Of a stretch of 64,000 nt of DNA, positions 12,930 to 27,844 are shown piece after piece (within the stretch, counting starts at the first letter, position 1; each line of letters starts with the position of its first letter). The notes below the pieces were generated by a model. The model was not told the DNA's origin. It was given only the letters and a program-made list of their open reading frames with translations, and did no database searches. The stretch covers positions 930,001 through 994,000 of the forward strand of contig NW_026250403.1 of assembly GCF_024521635.1 (NCBI RefSeq), given 5' to 3'. Both the position numbers and the translations under genes were made by a program. The stretch is from Tricharina praecox. Lineage: Eukaryota.

Positions 12930-14854
12930 GGGTCGGACGGACGGCGTGCGATTGATTTCCCATTTTACGTCACGGTTTTCTGGGGGGTTTGTTGGGCGGG
13001 CGGGCGGGCGCATTTGTGGCGTTTTGTTTTTATCTGCGCTTCCATGGATGGGAATCTGTTTGTAGCATCATAGTCCGGTTTATGCGATATCTCCTCGGTA
13101 CATACAGTTTGTATCTAGTGCGTTTATATGTGAGGGAAGGGCTGCGATAGAATGGCTTCGCTCGGGGCGGTCTCAAGAGGAAACTCGTCCACAACCTCAT
13201 TAGCTAGCACTCGCAATCAATCGGCAAAGGCCCGGAGGTACCATGATGCCGGGCTGCCTATCTTCAATGATGTCCCGTGACTTCTACCGCTTCTGCCTGT
13301 TGTACCGAATCAATTGGCGCCGTGGCTTGTATGTAGGAGGGTCATCGCTTCCGACAGGATGGGGATGCAATGAGAACGCTGCTCTATCATGCGTGGAATG
13401 CTTGGATTGAGTCTTTTATGTCTCGAAGACGGCGATGAAGCGATGCGAATGGTCACTTCGGATCCCCCACCACCCACTTTTCTCTGGCTATGTAGATATG
13501 AGATGAGTGGGATCTTCCGGATAAGTGCGTACCATCCAGCAAACCGAGTTGTGGCCCGATGCAGCACCGGGAGGTCAGGTGTGAATATCTGGTCAGGGGA
13601 TATGGATGCGTCCGGATCGTGTCTCCTTCTCTTTTATTCGGGATAAATTCTTTTCGGCAGTCATTTTTTTATTTTTTTGCTTGTCCCTCTCCCGGATTCT
13701 CGTACCAAGAGGCGGCTGGAGTGGATGTGATGAGTTAGAGGATTGGGGATTGGACTGAAGGAGGGAGCGCTGAGCGGGAGTGGCTTCTCCGGGTGTGGGG
13801 TTGGGTTGGGTTGGGTTGGTTTTAAGCAGCCACTGGATATCAGCCGAGTTGGTGGTTATCTCGGAGTTATTGCTGTTGGTACTTGGTGTTGTTGGCGAGA
13901 CTGGGAGTCGGATTTCCCTTCTCTCGATAAGCACTTCTGGCACAAGGGATTTCCTCACGCACCTGATGATGGAGACACCGATGGCCATGTCTGTCAATCA
14001 AATCCCGATGCCTTGAACATCACGGCCGGCTCTCGTTTAATGTACTGCACATAACGCCCGCGTGCCTGGCTGTTCACCATCCTCCGCGGGTCTAGCTGCC
14101 TTGTCCAGAGTAAAGTGGAGAGGATAGAGTGCGAGAGTTGCTCTGCTCGCAGCCAACCACTGCCTTACCCCTCCTCCGCATCAAACCGATAGCTGCTACA
14201 TACATCCATAACACCCACTGCGAACTGCTGGGTAGAGTATCTACCGTACTCTAGAGCGACGAGGACTCACAGTTGTTTTTCTTCCTGCCGCCTTCCTCCT
14301 TCTTCAGCCCCCTCCCCCGAAGAAATCATTCAAGCAATCCAAACCACCCCATTTCTCCCCTGCAGCTGTTCCAAACTTCGCATCGTTTCATAGTTGCCTT
14401 ACACCCTCCCGACTGCAGCCTCCATCAGACTTTCGCTCTCTTCCAACCCCCACTCATCGAAAGGCCACGCACGCACTCACACAGCAAGCTCGGCCGACAA
14501 TACATACTCAAAGGCAACACTCTCTACCCCTCCGTACACCCATACATACAACATACAGCACACCCGGACGTGCAACAGCAGTCTCTCTGTCGTTTCTCCT
14601 TCTTTGGCTTCGTCGGGTGGTGGGGTTTAGGTTACGTAGAATCAACCTCCACAGCCTCATCTGCAACGTCAAAACGGTTGGGCTGGGCAATAAACCACCA
14701 CTCACCACCACCACTACCACCTCCACCACCTCCACCGCCACCGCACCTTCTACCTTCACTTTCCTCAGCAACGCTACGAGTATCATCACCGTCGAAAAGC
14801 GAAGCCCTCTTGTATTCCCGCACATTATAGCTCGACAGCTAGCTGCACGCCGCT

Positions 14855-17800
14855 ATGCAGCAATCACCGACCATTAGTTGTCCGCTCAAGGTACGTACGT
14901 CATCGCGGGCCGAGCAGTCGGCCGCGACAGCGGTGTCTTGACTTTTCCCGACTACCCTCAAATTCCATCCGCACATGCATTCATCTCTCTCCCTTGCTAC
15001 CTCCGTACTCCACTTTCCAGGCGGGGGCGACGGGAAGTGCCCTATGCGAGGCCGTGCGCGGTGTCGGAGTTTGAGCTTTCCGAATGCGGCTGACATGTGG
15101 TGGGGTAGACAACTACGGAGATCGACTGGGTGGCACCGCTCAAAACCTACATCGCGAAGACCTACGGCGATCCCGAGAAGTACAATGAGGAGTGCAACAC
15201 GTTGAACCGGTTACGGCAGGATATGAGGGGCGCGGGAAAGGATTCATCGGCCGGGAGAGACCTGCTGTATCGCTACTATGGGCAGCTGGAGCTGCTGGAT
15301 CTGAGGTTTCCGGTCGAGGAGAGGGGCGTTAGAGTCAGTTTTACATGGTGCGTGGATATCTTGGTTCCGGTTTGGCGGAGCGGAGGAATGGCCTGCTACT
15401 GTTCCGGTCTGCTGCGCGGATGTCAGTCGCAAGGGTGGAAGGTGTTAACGTTTTGGGCCGCCCGTTTAGGTACGATGCCTTCACACACAAACAGACCTCA
15501 CAGTACTCCCTCGCCTTCGAAAAGGCGTCCATCATCTTCAACATCTCCGCCGTCCACTCATGTCATGCCGCAAACCAGAATCGTGCGGAGGAGCTCGGCG
15601 TGAGAACGGCGTACCACTCGTTCCAGGCCGCCGCGGGAATGTTCACGTATATAAACGAAAATTTCCTTCACGCACCGTCAACAGACCTTAGTAGAGAAAC
15701 CGTAAAAACACTCATTAATATTAATCTGGCCCAGGCTCAGGAGGTGTTCTTGGAGAAGCAGATTGCGGATGGGAAGAAGAGCGCCATGCTGGCAAAGCTG
15801 GCTGCTCAGGCGGCGTTGCTTTATTCCCAGGCGGTCGAGGGCTTGCAGGAGACTTCGCTGAAGGGTGTGTTTGACAAGTCTTGGATGACGATGTGCTTGG
15901 TACGGTCGTTGCCGGTGTTTCGTGTGGGGGGTTTTGTTGCTAAGATTGTGACTACAGGCCAAGCAAGATTATATGGAATCCCTGGCGCACTTCCTGCAGG
16001 CGATAGCCGACTGTGATCATTCGAACTACGGATTAGCGATTTCTCGTCTCCAGCTCGCTGATGCACTCGGCAGAGAAGCGGTTCGCCAAGCGCAGATGTT
16101 CCCCGGAAACCCATCAGCCAACGCCAACCTCTCCCCCGAGACGGGCCCGGCATTGATCCAGATCACCAAGCGTCACCTCGGACTCGTCCACGAGAGGCTC
16201 GACGAATTGGTCAAAGACAATGACTTCATCTACCACCAGAACATCCCTTCGGAATCTGCCATCCCAAACATTCCCAAAATGCCGGCTGCCAAAGCGATCC
16301 CCGTGCAGGAGCTCTACCAGGGTCAGGATATCAGCCGGATCATTGGCCCGGATATCTTCCAGAAGATTGTGCCCATGAGCGTGACGGAGAGTGCTTCGCT
16401 GTACGATGAGGAAAAAGCGAAGCTCGTGCGCGCAGAGACGGAAAAGGTGGACCTGGCCAATGCGGAGATGGTTGCAGCGCTGGATTACCTCAAACTACCA
16501 GGCTCGTTGAAGCTCCTCAAGAACGGATTTGCGGATACCGTCGATGTGCCCGACGAGTTCAAGGACTGGTGTGCTGACATGGCAAGCAAGCCGGAGGGCC
16601 TGGAGCTGCGGTTCACGAATTTGAAAGCGAGTAAACGTAAGATCAAGGATATCCTAGAGGCATCATCAAAGAGCCTTGATCATGAAGAGAGCGTGTGCGA
16701 GAGGATGCGTGCAAAGTTCCAGGACGAGTGGACACAGCAACCATCCAGTCGACTCACTCAAACGCTCAGAGGTGACATCAGGAGCTACGGAGAAGCCATT
16801 GATGCGGCTGTGCAGAGCGATAACCAACTGTGGACACAATACAAGCTGGTCCAGAATGATATCATCGAAATGATCATTGCCGGCCAGAGCCCGGACGGTA
16901 TGGCGGTGGAACAGCTGTGGGATAGCCGAGTGGCAAGGGCGAACCTTGATGCGGGCGGTAGCACTAGTGGGAATAATGGTCCTAGCTCAGAGTCACTGCT
17001 CGACGTGGATGATGGCGAAGGTGGTCCAAGTGTGATGGAGCAGATTGTACGGGTGGAGGATCTACTCAAGAAACTGAACTTGATCAAGAGGGAGCGTGCG
17101 CAGGTGCTGAAGGATTTAAAGGATATTGTGGGTGCATCTGATTCTTTCTTTGGAATGCTAGGACTGATTCACGTAGGTCCACAACGACGACATCTCCAAC
17201 GTCCTAATCCTGAACAAAAAAGCTGTTCAGAACCATGAAAATGCGCTGTTCGCCAATGAGCTCGAAAAGTTCCGACCGCACCAGAACCGGCTGCTCCAGG
17301 CGGCCCACAAGCAGTCAGCGCTGATGAAGGACTTGACCGGTGCGTACGGGGACCTTCTCCAAGACAAGCGGATCCGGTCGGAACAGTCGAGATACGAGGC
17401 GCTCTCCCGCTCACGCAACGCGATACTATCGAAGTTCAAAAAGTCGTACCAAGCGTACCTCGATATCTGCAAAGGCCTTGATAAGGCACGGCAATTTTAC
17501 TCCGAGATGACGGAGACCACCCAGAGTTTGGAAAAGAACGTGGAAACGTTCGTCAGCAATCGGCGCAGCGAGGGAGCCATGCTGTTGTCTCAAATCGAGA
17601 ACCAAAAGGGCACGGACGCTGAATTACAGCAGAGGAGAATCAAGGATATGATGGAGAGAATGACGTTTGGGGGTGGAGGAAACTCTCCTGATCCGAATAG
17701 GCCGCCTGCCAATCACCATTCTGCCTTGCCCACACCGCACACCATGAGTCCTCCTACAACACCGCGATATCCTCCTCAACACCAGCAGTACCCAGTCCTC

Positions 17801-18262
17801 CACAACGCGCCGACGCCACCACCCCCGCCCCCGAGCAACCCTCCTGCATCCGCCGGCTTCGCCCCTGCTGGATTCGGCCAGTACCAGGTGCACCCCTCGC
17901 ACAACACTGGCCGGCGAGAGTCTCATGGCCAACTTCCGGGTCTTGGCCAGCGCTCCGGATCCTATGCGACCCACCAATCAGCACTCCCATCCCCGGGCTT
18001 CGCGCCCCCCAACTCACAATACTACCAGGGCCACTACCAGCAACCCAATGCCTACTCCGCTCCGCCAACTGCATACCAAGCCCAACCTTACAACCCGAGC
18101 ACATATGTCCCGCCGCCGCCGCCGCCGGGCCCACCGCCAGCTCGACAGACCTACGGTGCGCCGCTGCCGCAGACTACGTATCAGCCCACGCAGATGCCGC
18201 CGCCGCCGCCTGGTCAGCCAGGCACCGGTGATCCGTTCGCGGGTCTGTCGGGGTGGAAGTGA
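14855..18262 (+). CDS. BRO1: Vacuolar protein-sorting protein BRO1 (ALIX family)
   Basis: Exon 1 MQQSPTISCPLK, intron 14891-15108, then TTTEIDWVAPLK...YYGQLELLDLRF; SLAFEKASIIFN, KDNDFIYH, ASLYDEEKAKLVR (V domain) and a Pro-rich tail; further introns near 15348, 15900 and 17128. Confidence 0.95.
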
Positions 18263-18698
18263 TATTTTTTTCTTTCTTTCGGTTTTTGGTTTCTTGTCTT
18301 GTCTTGGGGGGGGGAAGGGGGGGGGGGGTAGAACGGATTGTACGTAGCAAGCTCGGAAAGTAAACATGGTTGGAAATGAGGGAAAGGGACCAAAGGGACG
18401 AAAGGGACGAAAGGATAGGATGGTTGAATGGAATGAATGGGACGGGATTGATTCCAACTGTGTGTTCCGTATTCTGCGGTTTGTGACGAGTGAGTGATGC
18501 TCGGCCGGAAGTGATATCGTGTTTTTTTGTCTCTCGGGTTAATGATTCGGTATGTATGATGTACGGTAGTTTCAGATGGGGCTGCGCACGCCAGGGATTA
18601 GGTAGCCCGACAGGCACCTGGATGCGCAGTGCACTTTGTATTATGTACACACTGAAGGCTACGAAGAGTTGTGTATTTTCGCCGACCATAAGCACAGA

Positions 18699-20009
18699 TT
18701 CCAAGCCCTGGTTGTCTCTCCAGGGGTTATTGGTTGCCGGTAGAAGTCTGAGCTGTCATTCACATGATATCTACTCCCCGTAAATTTTCCAAGCCTACCT
18801 CCCAGATGTCATTAGTTGTCGCTACTCGTGCCAAGGTGATTAACACCCCCCCGGGTCGCTCGCAAGCTCGCAACCCAGGGCACTCCTACGGAGTGCCTGA
18901 CATGTCAAGCAGGTATGACACGTGTACCATTTCTTCCCTCGTCCGCCGCAATCAACCCCCCTTTCACCACCACAACCACAACTAAATAATGCCACCAAAG
19001 CGGGAACTTGAAGTAGAGATCTATGAGTCTATTGAAACTCGGATTTAAGAGGCTATCGACGTTGTGGAGGCAAAAATAATCAATTATTTACACGAGCCTG
19101 CTCGAGAGCACCCCGCTCTCCCTTTTCACCACCACAACCACAATTAAATAATGCTACCAAAGCGGAAACTTGAAGTAGAGCTTCATGAGTCTATTAAGAC
19201 TCGGATTCAAAAGGCTATCGACGTTGTGGAGGCAAAAACAATCAATTATTTACACGAGCCCTCCCGCGAGCAGCGCGCACACCAGCACCAGCAGGCTTCT
19301 TCGTTTGCGCTTAGTCATTCGCACGCGCGAGGATCGAATTCGCACAGCTCGTAACCATCTTCTTGCGAGCACACTTCCTAATCGTATCCAAGAGATCTAG
19401 ATAGAGGCAAATTGTAAGTTCCTGATCTCCTGAAAGCTTTTTATTACTTCCTGTTCGGTCACTCTTCGATTGTTGACCGTTCCATCTCGCTCGTAGTCTT
19501 TGTGGTGGAAGTTCGAACTCCCGAGCAGCAGCAGCAGCAGGAGGTTTTGTTTTTCTTCCCCTTTCTCCTCCACAACGTCGATAGCTTCTTGAATCTGAGT
19601 CCTAATAGACTCACAGAGCTCTAATTCAAATTCCTGCTTTGATAGAATTAAACAATTGTGGTTGTGGTAGTGAAAAGGGGGAGCGGGGTGCTCTTGAGCG
19701 GGGTGCTCTCGAGCAGGCTTGTGTAAATAATTGATTGTTTTTGCCTCCACAACGTCCATAGCCTTTTGAATCCGAGTCTCAATAAACTCATAGATCTCTA
19801 CTTCCAGCTCCCGCTTTGGTGGCATTGTTTAGTTGTGGTTGTGGTGGTGAAAGGGGTAGTGTTAACCACCTTGGCACAAGTAGAAGTCTGAGCTATCATT
19901 CACATCATACTCCCAGTCAGTTTTCCAAGCCTACCTCCCAGAGGTCATTGATTGTCGCCAGAAGTGCGAGCTATCATTCCCATGATACTCCCATTCAGTT
20001 TTCCAAGCC
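18699..20009. repeat. Degenerate ~79-bp tandem array interrupted by a transposon
   Basis: Unit TAGAAGTCTGAGCTRTCATTCACAT...TTTTCCAAGCCTACCTCCCAGA.GTCATT..TTGTCGC at 18741-18822 and 19881-19958, partial at 19959-20009, decayed remnant at 18699-18740. Confidence 0.8.
18825..19880. mobile_element. Non-autonomous Tc1/mariner-type (MITE/fold-back-like) DNA element
   Basis: TIRs CTCGTGCCAAGGTGATTAACAC and reverse complement of the right end CTTGTGCCAAGGTGGTTAACAC (20/22 identical). TA at 18823-24 and 19881-82. Inverted internal ~162-bp units; no transposase ORF. Confidence 0.8.
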
Positions 20010-21270
20010 ACCAAGTCGAGGACTACGCTTGACCTAGGTATGGCCATTCATGTTCATCGCCGCGATGTTAACACAAGCCATCCACCTCTATCGAGGGCGG
20101 CGAAAGTTCCCCGTTTGCAAGTTGTAAGATGTAGGCCGAGTGAGCCCGGCGGTCTACCTTACACTTTACGGTACATACGAGAGATATGGCATCGACACGA
20201 ACAATGCAGCTGCTGTACTACTACCGGTACTGGTACCGGTATCGATACCGATGCTGTGCACTGCAACTTGGAACGAACATCCGGTCCCATAGATGGTAAA
20301 GATGGTGATAATGAAAGCACTGTATGCATACATGCATATAGCAGAGTACTCGTACATACTTGAGCAACACAACCAAGCCTCCGCCAACCGGAGCGACGAC
20401 ATCCTTGCGGACGATCACGAGGCTATGCCTTCCTTCATTCGCCCTCTATTCTTCCAGAACGCCTCGCCCTAAACCTTGGCGTACACACACGAGATCGACG
20501 CTGTGGTTGTGGGCCAAAATTTCTGGGTCGGCCTTACGCTAACTGCAGGTAACTATCCGCCGTATACATTGCAAGGGGTGGGGGGACGGGGGGATGTGCA
20601 TGCCGGTGTTGCTTGTTTTTCTTTTTTTGCCTGTGCCCGGGCGGATTCGCTGGATTCGGTCAATATCTTCGTCGTCGAAGACGGGATAGAGATAGAGATA
20701 TTGATGGGGTGCTGGAGGGATGGATGGACGAGGCTCCGTGATGGGTCGGGGTTACGTAAATCCGCAGCAGAAGCAACGGCAACGGCTCCATGCTAGATAG
20801 TCAAGTGCACCTCCGGAATTCTCAGCACGTTGAGCCTCGAGGCAGACCGCATACCATACATACCTCCTACCTGGTATTCAGGTAGTCGACTGCGCTCGTG
20901 CGAGACCAGGGTTGCACTACCTACGCATTATTCCTTTCTGGCTGTACCACCATGAGTCCTACGCACGTACGCACGGTATACGAGACCAGTACCTAACTAT
21001 GTTTCGTTTCGTGGAGATCTCGGGGCTCGGAAGTAGCAGTGGGAGTTTGAGGCCGTGTTGGAAGGCGTACTCCAGCCTCAGGGCGGAAGTATCTACATGG
21101 TGGGGAGGTGGGCGGGTGATAAATATCCATCCTCCCCCTCCTCCTCAGCACCCAGTACTTCCCCTCGGCATCAGTCACAACAGCAGCAATATCAATCATC
21201 ACTAGCTCTTACCCTTCCCCATACATACACACAACCCCCCAATCCACACCAACAAGCAAGCAAGCAAAGC

Positions 21271-21542
21271 ATGTGTTTCGGCTCCCGCTCCCGCCCGCCC
21301 GCCTCACCCAGCAGCGAGCCCTTACCGCGGCAGCAGCCGACCAAGCCGCCGAAGCCTCCCAAGGTGAAAACCGCAAAGGCGTACCCATCCTCGTAAGCAC
21401 TACACTTCCCTTCCCCTTCTTCTTCTTCCATTACTGACATGCGTGAAGACGTACTAGTGGCACCAGGGCTTGGGGCGGCGGCGGTGGTGGAGGAGGTGGT
21501 GGAGGGTGCGGTGGTGGTGGCGGCGGTGGCGGTGGGTGTTGA
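21271..21542 (+). CDS. Small MC-start, Pro/Lys-rich protein with poly-Gly/Cys tail (family member A, ~68 aa)
   Basis: Exon 1 21271-21392 MCFGSRSRPP...KAYPS; phase-2 intron GTAAGC..CTGAC..TAG 21393-21457; exon 2 GTRAW-G11-C-G9-C-stop. Confidence 0.75.
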
Positions 21543-21830
21543 GATTCAAGGAGTACAAATTGGTGGTGGTGGAGGGAGGAGAAATGGGAGCTGGTGAAGG
21601 CGGTCTGGAGGGAACGCGCGGTAATCGGGTGTTTGTGTGAAGCGTATGTGGTGCATTTGTTGCTGCGGAGCGGGGGTGTGGGGAGTGGGGGGTTGTGATC
21701 GTTATATATTCTGAAGTTACAACGGCTGTTGGCTTGCAACGACTGGTTCGTGATGTGATATCGCTGTAGACAGTATGGACACTCAAGCTGATATGTAGCC
21801 ATGATCCAAACCTACGAAAATCTGGATATC

Positions 21831-21863
21831 GGGGGGGGGGGGGGGGGGGGGGGGGGCGGGGGG
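21831..21863 (+). repeat. Poly-G homopolymer (G26-C-G6)
   Basis: Read directly from the sequence. Confidence 0.95.
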
Positions 21864-22792
21864 AAGTGGCATCCTTCATTCCCTCTTGGAATCCCGATTC
21901 ACCACTCATCTCCAATCCTGACCCTTATCTTCGCCTTAGCAATCATCATTGCCACTAGTTATCGCTATTGTCGTTCGCCAACACTCGTCCCCACTCTCCT
22001 AAGAACGTAGTACTCGTCCCCAACCTGTCATCCAGCCAACGAACAATTCACTTCTTCTTGTCCCTCTTCTTATCCCCCATTCCATCTTTCTCTTCTTGCC
22101 GACTGGAGCGGTAGCAACGGGTGGCGGACGAGGCTTGCGATTGAAACATGCTTTTGTTTTTTCCTTGAGATTGAATAGCACTGTCATAATCTCACGAACT
22201 TCCGTGTACCGCGTCACCTCCGCGGACCAGGTCATGAACGATCACTCGCTATGTCGAGACACTTCCGTTATCCGTTCTCACACGGAGGTGCCGAGCGGCG
22301 GCGTGGGGCCTCTATCCGAGGCATCCCCGAGCCTTCCTGTATATATACCTTTCCTTCTGCCGTGTCTGATACTCAATACACTATCTCGCGATACCACTTT
22401 TCTTGACAAGCACTTCCAGCTCGAACCGAGTGATGTCCGTGATTCGGAGCGCCAAGCCGGGTCGGGACCTGGTAGAGGTTGGCTCGTGCTTGGAACCGCA
22501 ACTTCGGGTGTCCCGCAAACGAAACAACTACTTGCGCGAGCTATTCATCAACATTGACGCGTCATACGCCGCCAACAGAGGGCATTCTCTTGTCTATGAT
22601 ACCCTCGGTGCGGAACTGGCGAGGGTGAACGTGAACATGCATCAGATCCCAGCAGCGGTACCCACGACATCCAAGATGCCGAGGTCCTGGTACGGCTGCT
22701 GAGACATCCGCCTGCTATGTATAAGGCGACACCCGACTCGCTATATGGGCTCGCTTCATTCCCCCGCAAAAACGCATATCGATCTGGAAACT

Positions 22793-23852
22793 ATGGCCGA
22801 AGCAGCTGGATTCACATACCCTCCCACGCCTGTCGCCTGGCTCACGCGCGACCTGTTGGTGTTCGCCAACAGCATCGGCATCGAGAAGGACGAGCTCCAG
22901 TTCCTCTATGTACCGTGCCTCTCTCGCTCCTTCGCGCCCATCTTCGCACACGCTGAGGCTAATACTCTGTGCAGGAGCTGCATCCTGACTTCGCCGCCTT
23001 CCCCACGTATCCGATCATCCTCCCGTTCAAGCGCACGGACCAGGAGGTCATCGACTTCTACAAGTGGAGCGCGGGCGGGCCGGCAATCCCCGGAGTGCCG
23101 AAGCTGGATCCCCGCAGGATCGTCGACGGCCAGCGACATATCACCATCCTAAAGAATATCCCGCCGACATCTGCCGGAAAGGAGTTCGAGCTCCGTGCGA
23201 AGGTCGTCGGTGTGTACGACAAAGGCAAGGCCGGAACCGTGACCGAGGTCGAGAGCGAGCTGGTCGAGAAGAGCTCCGGAGAGGTGTACACACGCATCGT
23301 GAGCTCGTCTTTCGCTGTTGGCCAGGGCGGCTGGGGCGGTCCTAAAGGTTCGTTGAGCTTGCACTTGCACGTTATCCCGGCGTTGGACCGAGCTGACTGC
23401 GAGCAGGACCAAAGACGGTGAATTATCCTCCCCCCGAGGGAAAGAGACCGGACGCAAGCTTTTCGCAAGCCACCAGCCCCTCACAAGCCCTGCTATACCG
23501 TATCAATGGTGACTACAATCCGCTTCATGCCGATCCTACCATCGGCACAAAGATGGGATTCCCGGGCGCCATCTTGCACGGCCTGTGCACATGGAACATC
23601 GCCGCGCATGCGGTGCTAAAAACCTTCGGTGCCTCTGAAGCAGGCCGCCTGAAGTCGTTCCAGGCACGCTTTGCGTCGCCGGTAATGCCCGGCGACAAGC
23701 TGATCGTCGATATGTGGATCACCGGCAACAAGGAGGCGGATGGAAGTGAAGAGGTGATCTTTGTGACACGAGTGGACGGTGGGAAGGTGGTATTGTCGAA
23801 CGGACGAGCGCTGCTGTCCAAGGTTGAAAAGTCTGTTGGAAGCAAGTTGTGA
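22793..23852 (+). CDS. MaoC-like (hot-dog fold) peroxisomal enoyl-CoA hydratase 2 / dehydratase
   Basis: Introns 22910-22974 and 23348-23406. Hydratase-2 motif YRINGDYNPLHADP...ILHGLCT; C-terminal SKL (PTS1). Confidence 0.92.
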
Positions 23853-24839
23853 GTTTTTTGCACGAAGCGACCGCGTGAATACATTACCTGTATGTACTCT
23901 ACTTGATATGCCGAAGATTGCCGGAGGAGGGGAGGGAAGAACCTCAACGGAATCATCAGGAATTCGAGTGCTTTTTTTCCTTTGAGTCTTTTTTTCATGA
24001 AAAGTACTCTTGCTGTTCCTCCGGCACGCAACAACCGTGTGCACCGTGATTCGCTTGGTTCGTCTGATTGGCGATAAGCTATTTGTTTACTCTGCTTCTA
24101 CATATCACGGAACGGGGCGAGCAGGCCCGGTTGTGCTTGCTTATATGCTTAATCTCCATTCGTCTAGACTGCGGACATGGCCTAGAAGTGGTGCGGTCCC
24201 GTAGAGTGCTCTAGCATAGAGTAGCATCTAAAGCATCGCGAGCTTCCGGCGCCTTCGCACAGCTTCTAAGGACCTCCGAATCCATTCGACGTGTCCATTC
24301 CCTCATGTACGGCAATCAACCGTCAAGGCGATAAAGCGATGGCACCACTGGGAAAAGAAAACGCCGCAGATGATTTTCTCGTTTCTTCTTTTCTTTTCGA
24401 TGGTTCTTGATGGGATGGACAAACAAACCATGACAGCTGCAGGCATTTTTGTTCCTGCCCCTCGTTTGGCCCCCCGCCAAGATGAGAGCCATCCCCCTCC
24501 CCACCCGCGTCATTATTATCGAAACAACTCACAGCTTCAATTTGCACTCGCGCACCAAGCGGGCAAAGCTGGCAGACTATCATCATGCTACGTACCGGCA
24601 ATATCGTAATGAGCTACCCCTCACTAGCAGCACCCACTGCCACCTCCCCACGGGCCTCCTCTTGGTCCCCCTTCCCCTCTCCTGCTTGTAAAAGATAGCT
24701 AGGGAAAGAAGTACTATATAGATATACCTTCTTCTTCTCCATCATCCGTTCCCATCAAACCATCCCCTATCATCTCTGCTCTCATCGAACCGAGTTCTCT
24801 GATACCCCACAGCGTCGTTGAATTTGACTTGATTCCGTC

Positions 24840-26935
<2,096 letters not shown>

Positions 26936-27430
26936 ATAGCTAGTGGTCTTTTTTCTTGGTTTTTTTTTCTGCTTGAGGGGGAGTTTGTTTCATTATCATT
27001 TTTCATTTTGTGTATCAGAACCTGATGGCGGGGGCACTGTTTTTTTTTTACTACCTATCTGCGTGGCACAAAAGCCATTGGTTGAAGAAGGTGGGAATGC
27101 CGTAGTAGCGGAGGAGGATCTTGCTATCAGAAACCAAAATCAAGATTTCCAACCGACCGTTTCACTTACACGAAGAGTAGATTCGTTCGTCGTAAAGTAG
27201 GTCATAGTTCGAAGTCTATTCTAAGGTCTTTTCCAAAGGTCTACCCCACATCGGCATCGGTATCGACAACCCATGAGCCGTGTCGACGGCCGGGGCCGCC
27301 GACTTCCACCACCACTACCACCTCCGAGCGTGCGGCAGCAGCAGCAGATCTCAGACTTGCTCGTGATAAACTATCAGAGCTACCGCGCAAACTGGCCGGC
27401 CAGCTGCAGCCCCAGCCCCACGACCGCTAT

Positions 27431-27844
27431 GTGACAGCTCCGGAGGGGGAGGCCCTTCCAACAACCAGCCCGGAGGTTGGTGAGAACCAGACTCCTCCAG
27501 AAGAAGACTCTGGTGGTGGTGGTGGTGGTGGTGGTGGAGCCGCCCACCACCAGTCGGCCCCACTCCCTCCCGCCGCCGCCGCGCCCAGTGGGGGTAATAC
27601 TGCGCCTCGACCCGCAGCCACCGCGAGATCCGAAGACGGGCGCCGATATTCACTGGACGAGGTTCTGGAGCGGCTAGAACGAATGGGCTTCCTGGCAGAA
27701 TATCGGCCCAGACAGGCGGTCCTTCGCGCTTTCGACGAGAGCGTGCTGTGCGGCGGTGACTCGCGAGGAACGTTTGGAGCTGGCTATGGATCCCAATATA
27801 TGTCTGCGGGAAAGTTAGGGAATGTTGGGGAACGCAGCGCTTAG
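27431..27844 (+). CDS. Possible hypothetical protein (true start not found)
   Basis: Open frame reads protein-like (RRYSLDEVLERLERMGFLAEY) and stays open upstream, but no in-frame ATG was located. Confidence 0.25.
   Translation: MTAPEGEALPTTSPEVGENQTPPEEDSGGGGGGGGGAAHHQSAPLPPAAAAPSGGNTAPRPAATARSEDGRRYSLDEVLERLERMGFLAEYRPRQAVLRAFDESVLCGGDSRGTFGAGYGSQYMSAGKLGNVGERSA

Noticed and set aside
22403-22702. Protein-like ORF just upstream of the dehydratase
   Set aside because: Ends about 90 nt before the next ATG and overlaps its probable promoter; no motif or convincing splice model.
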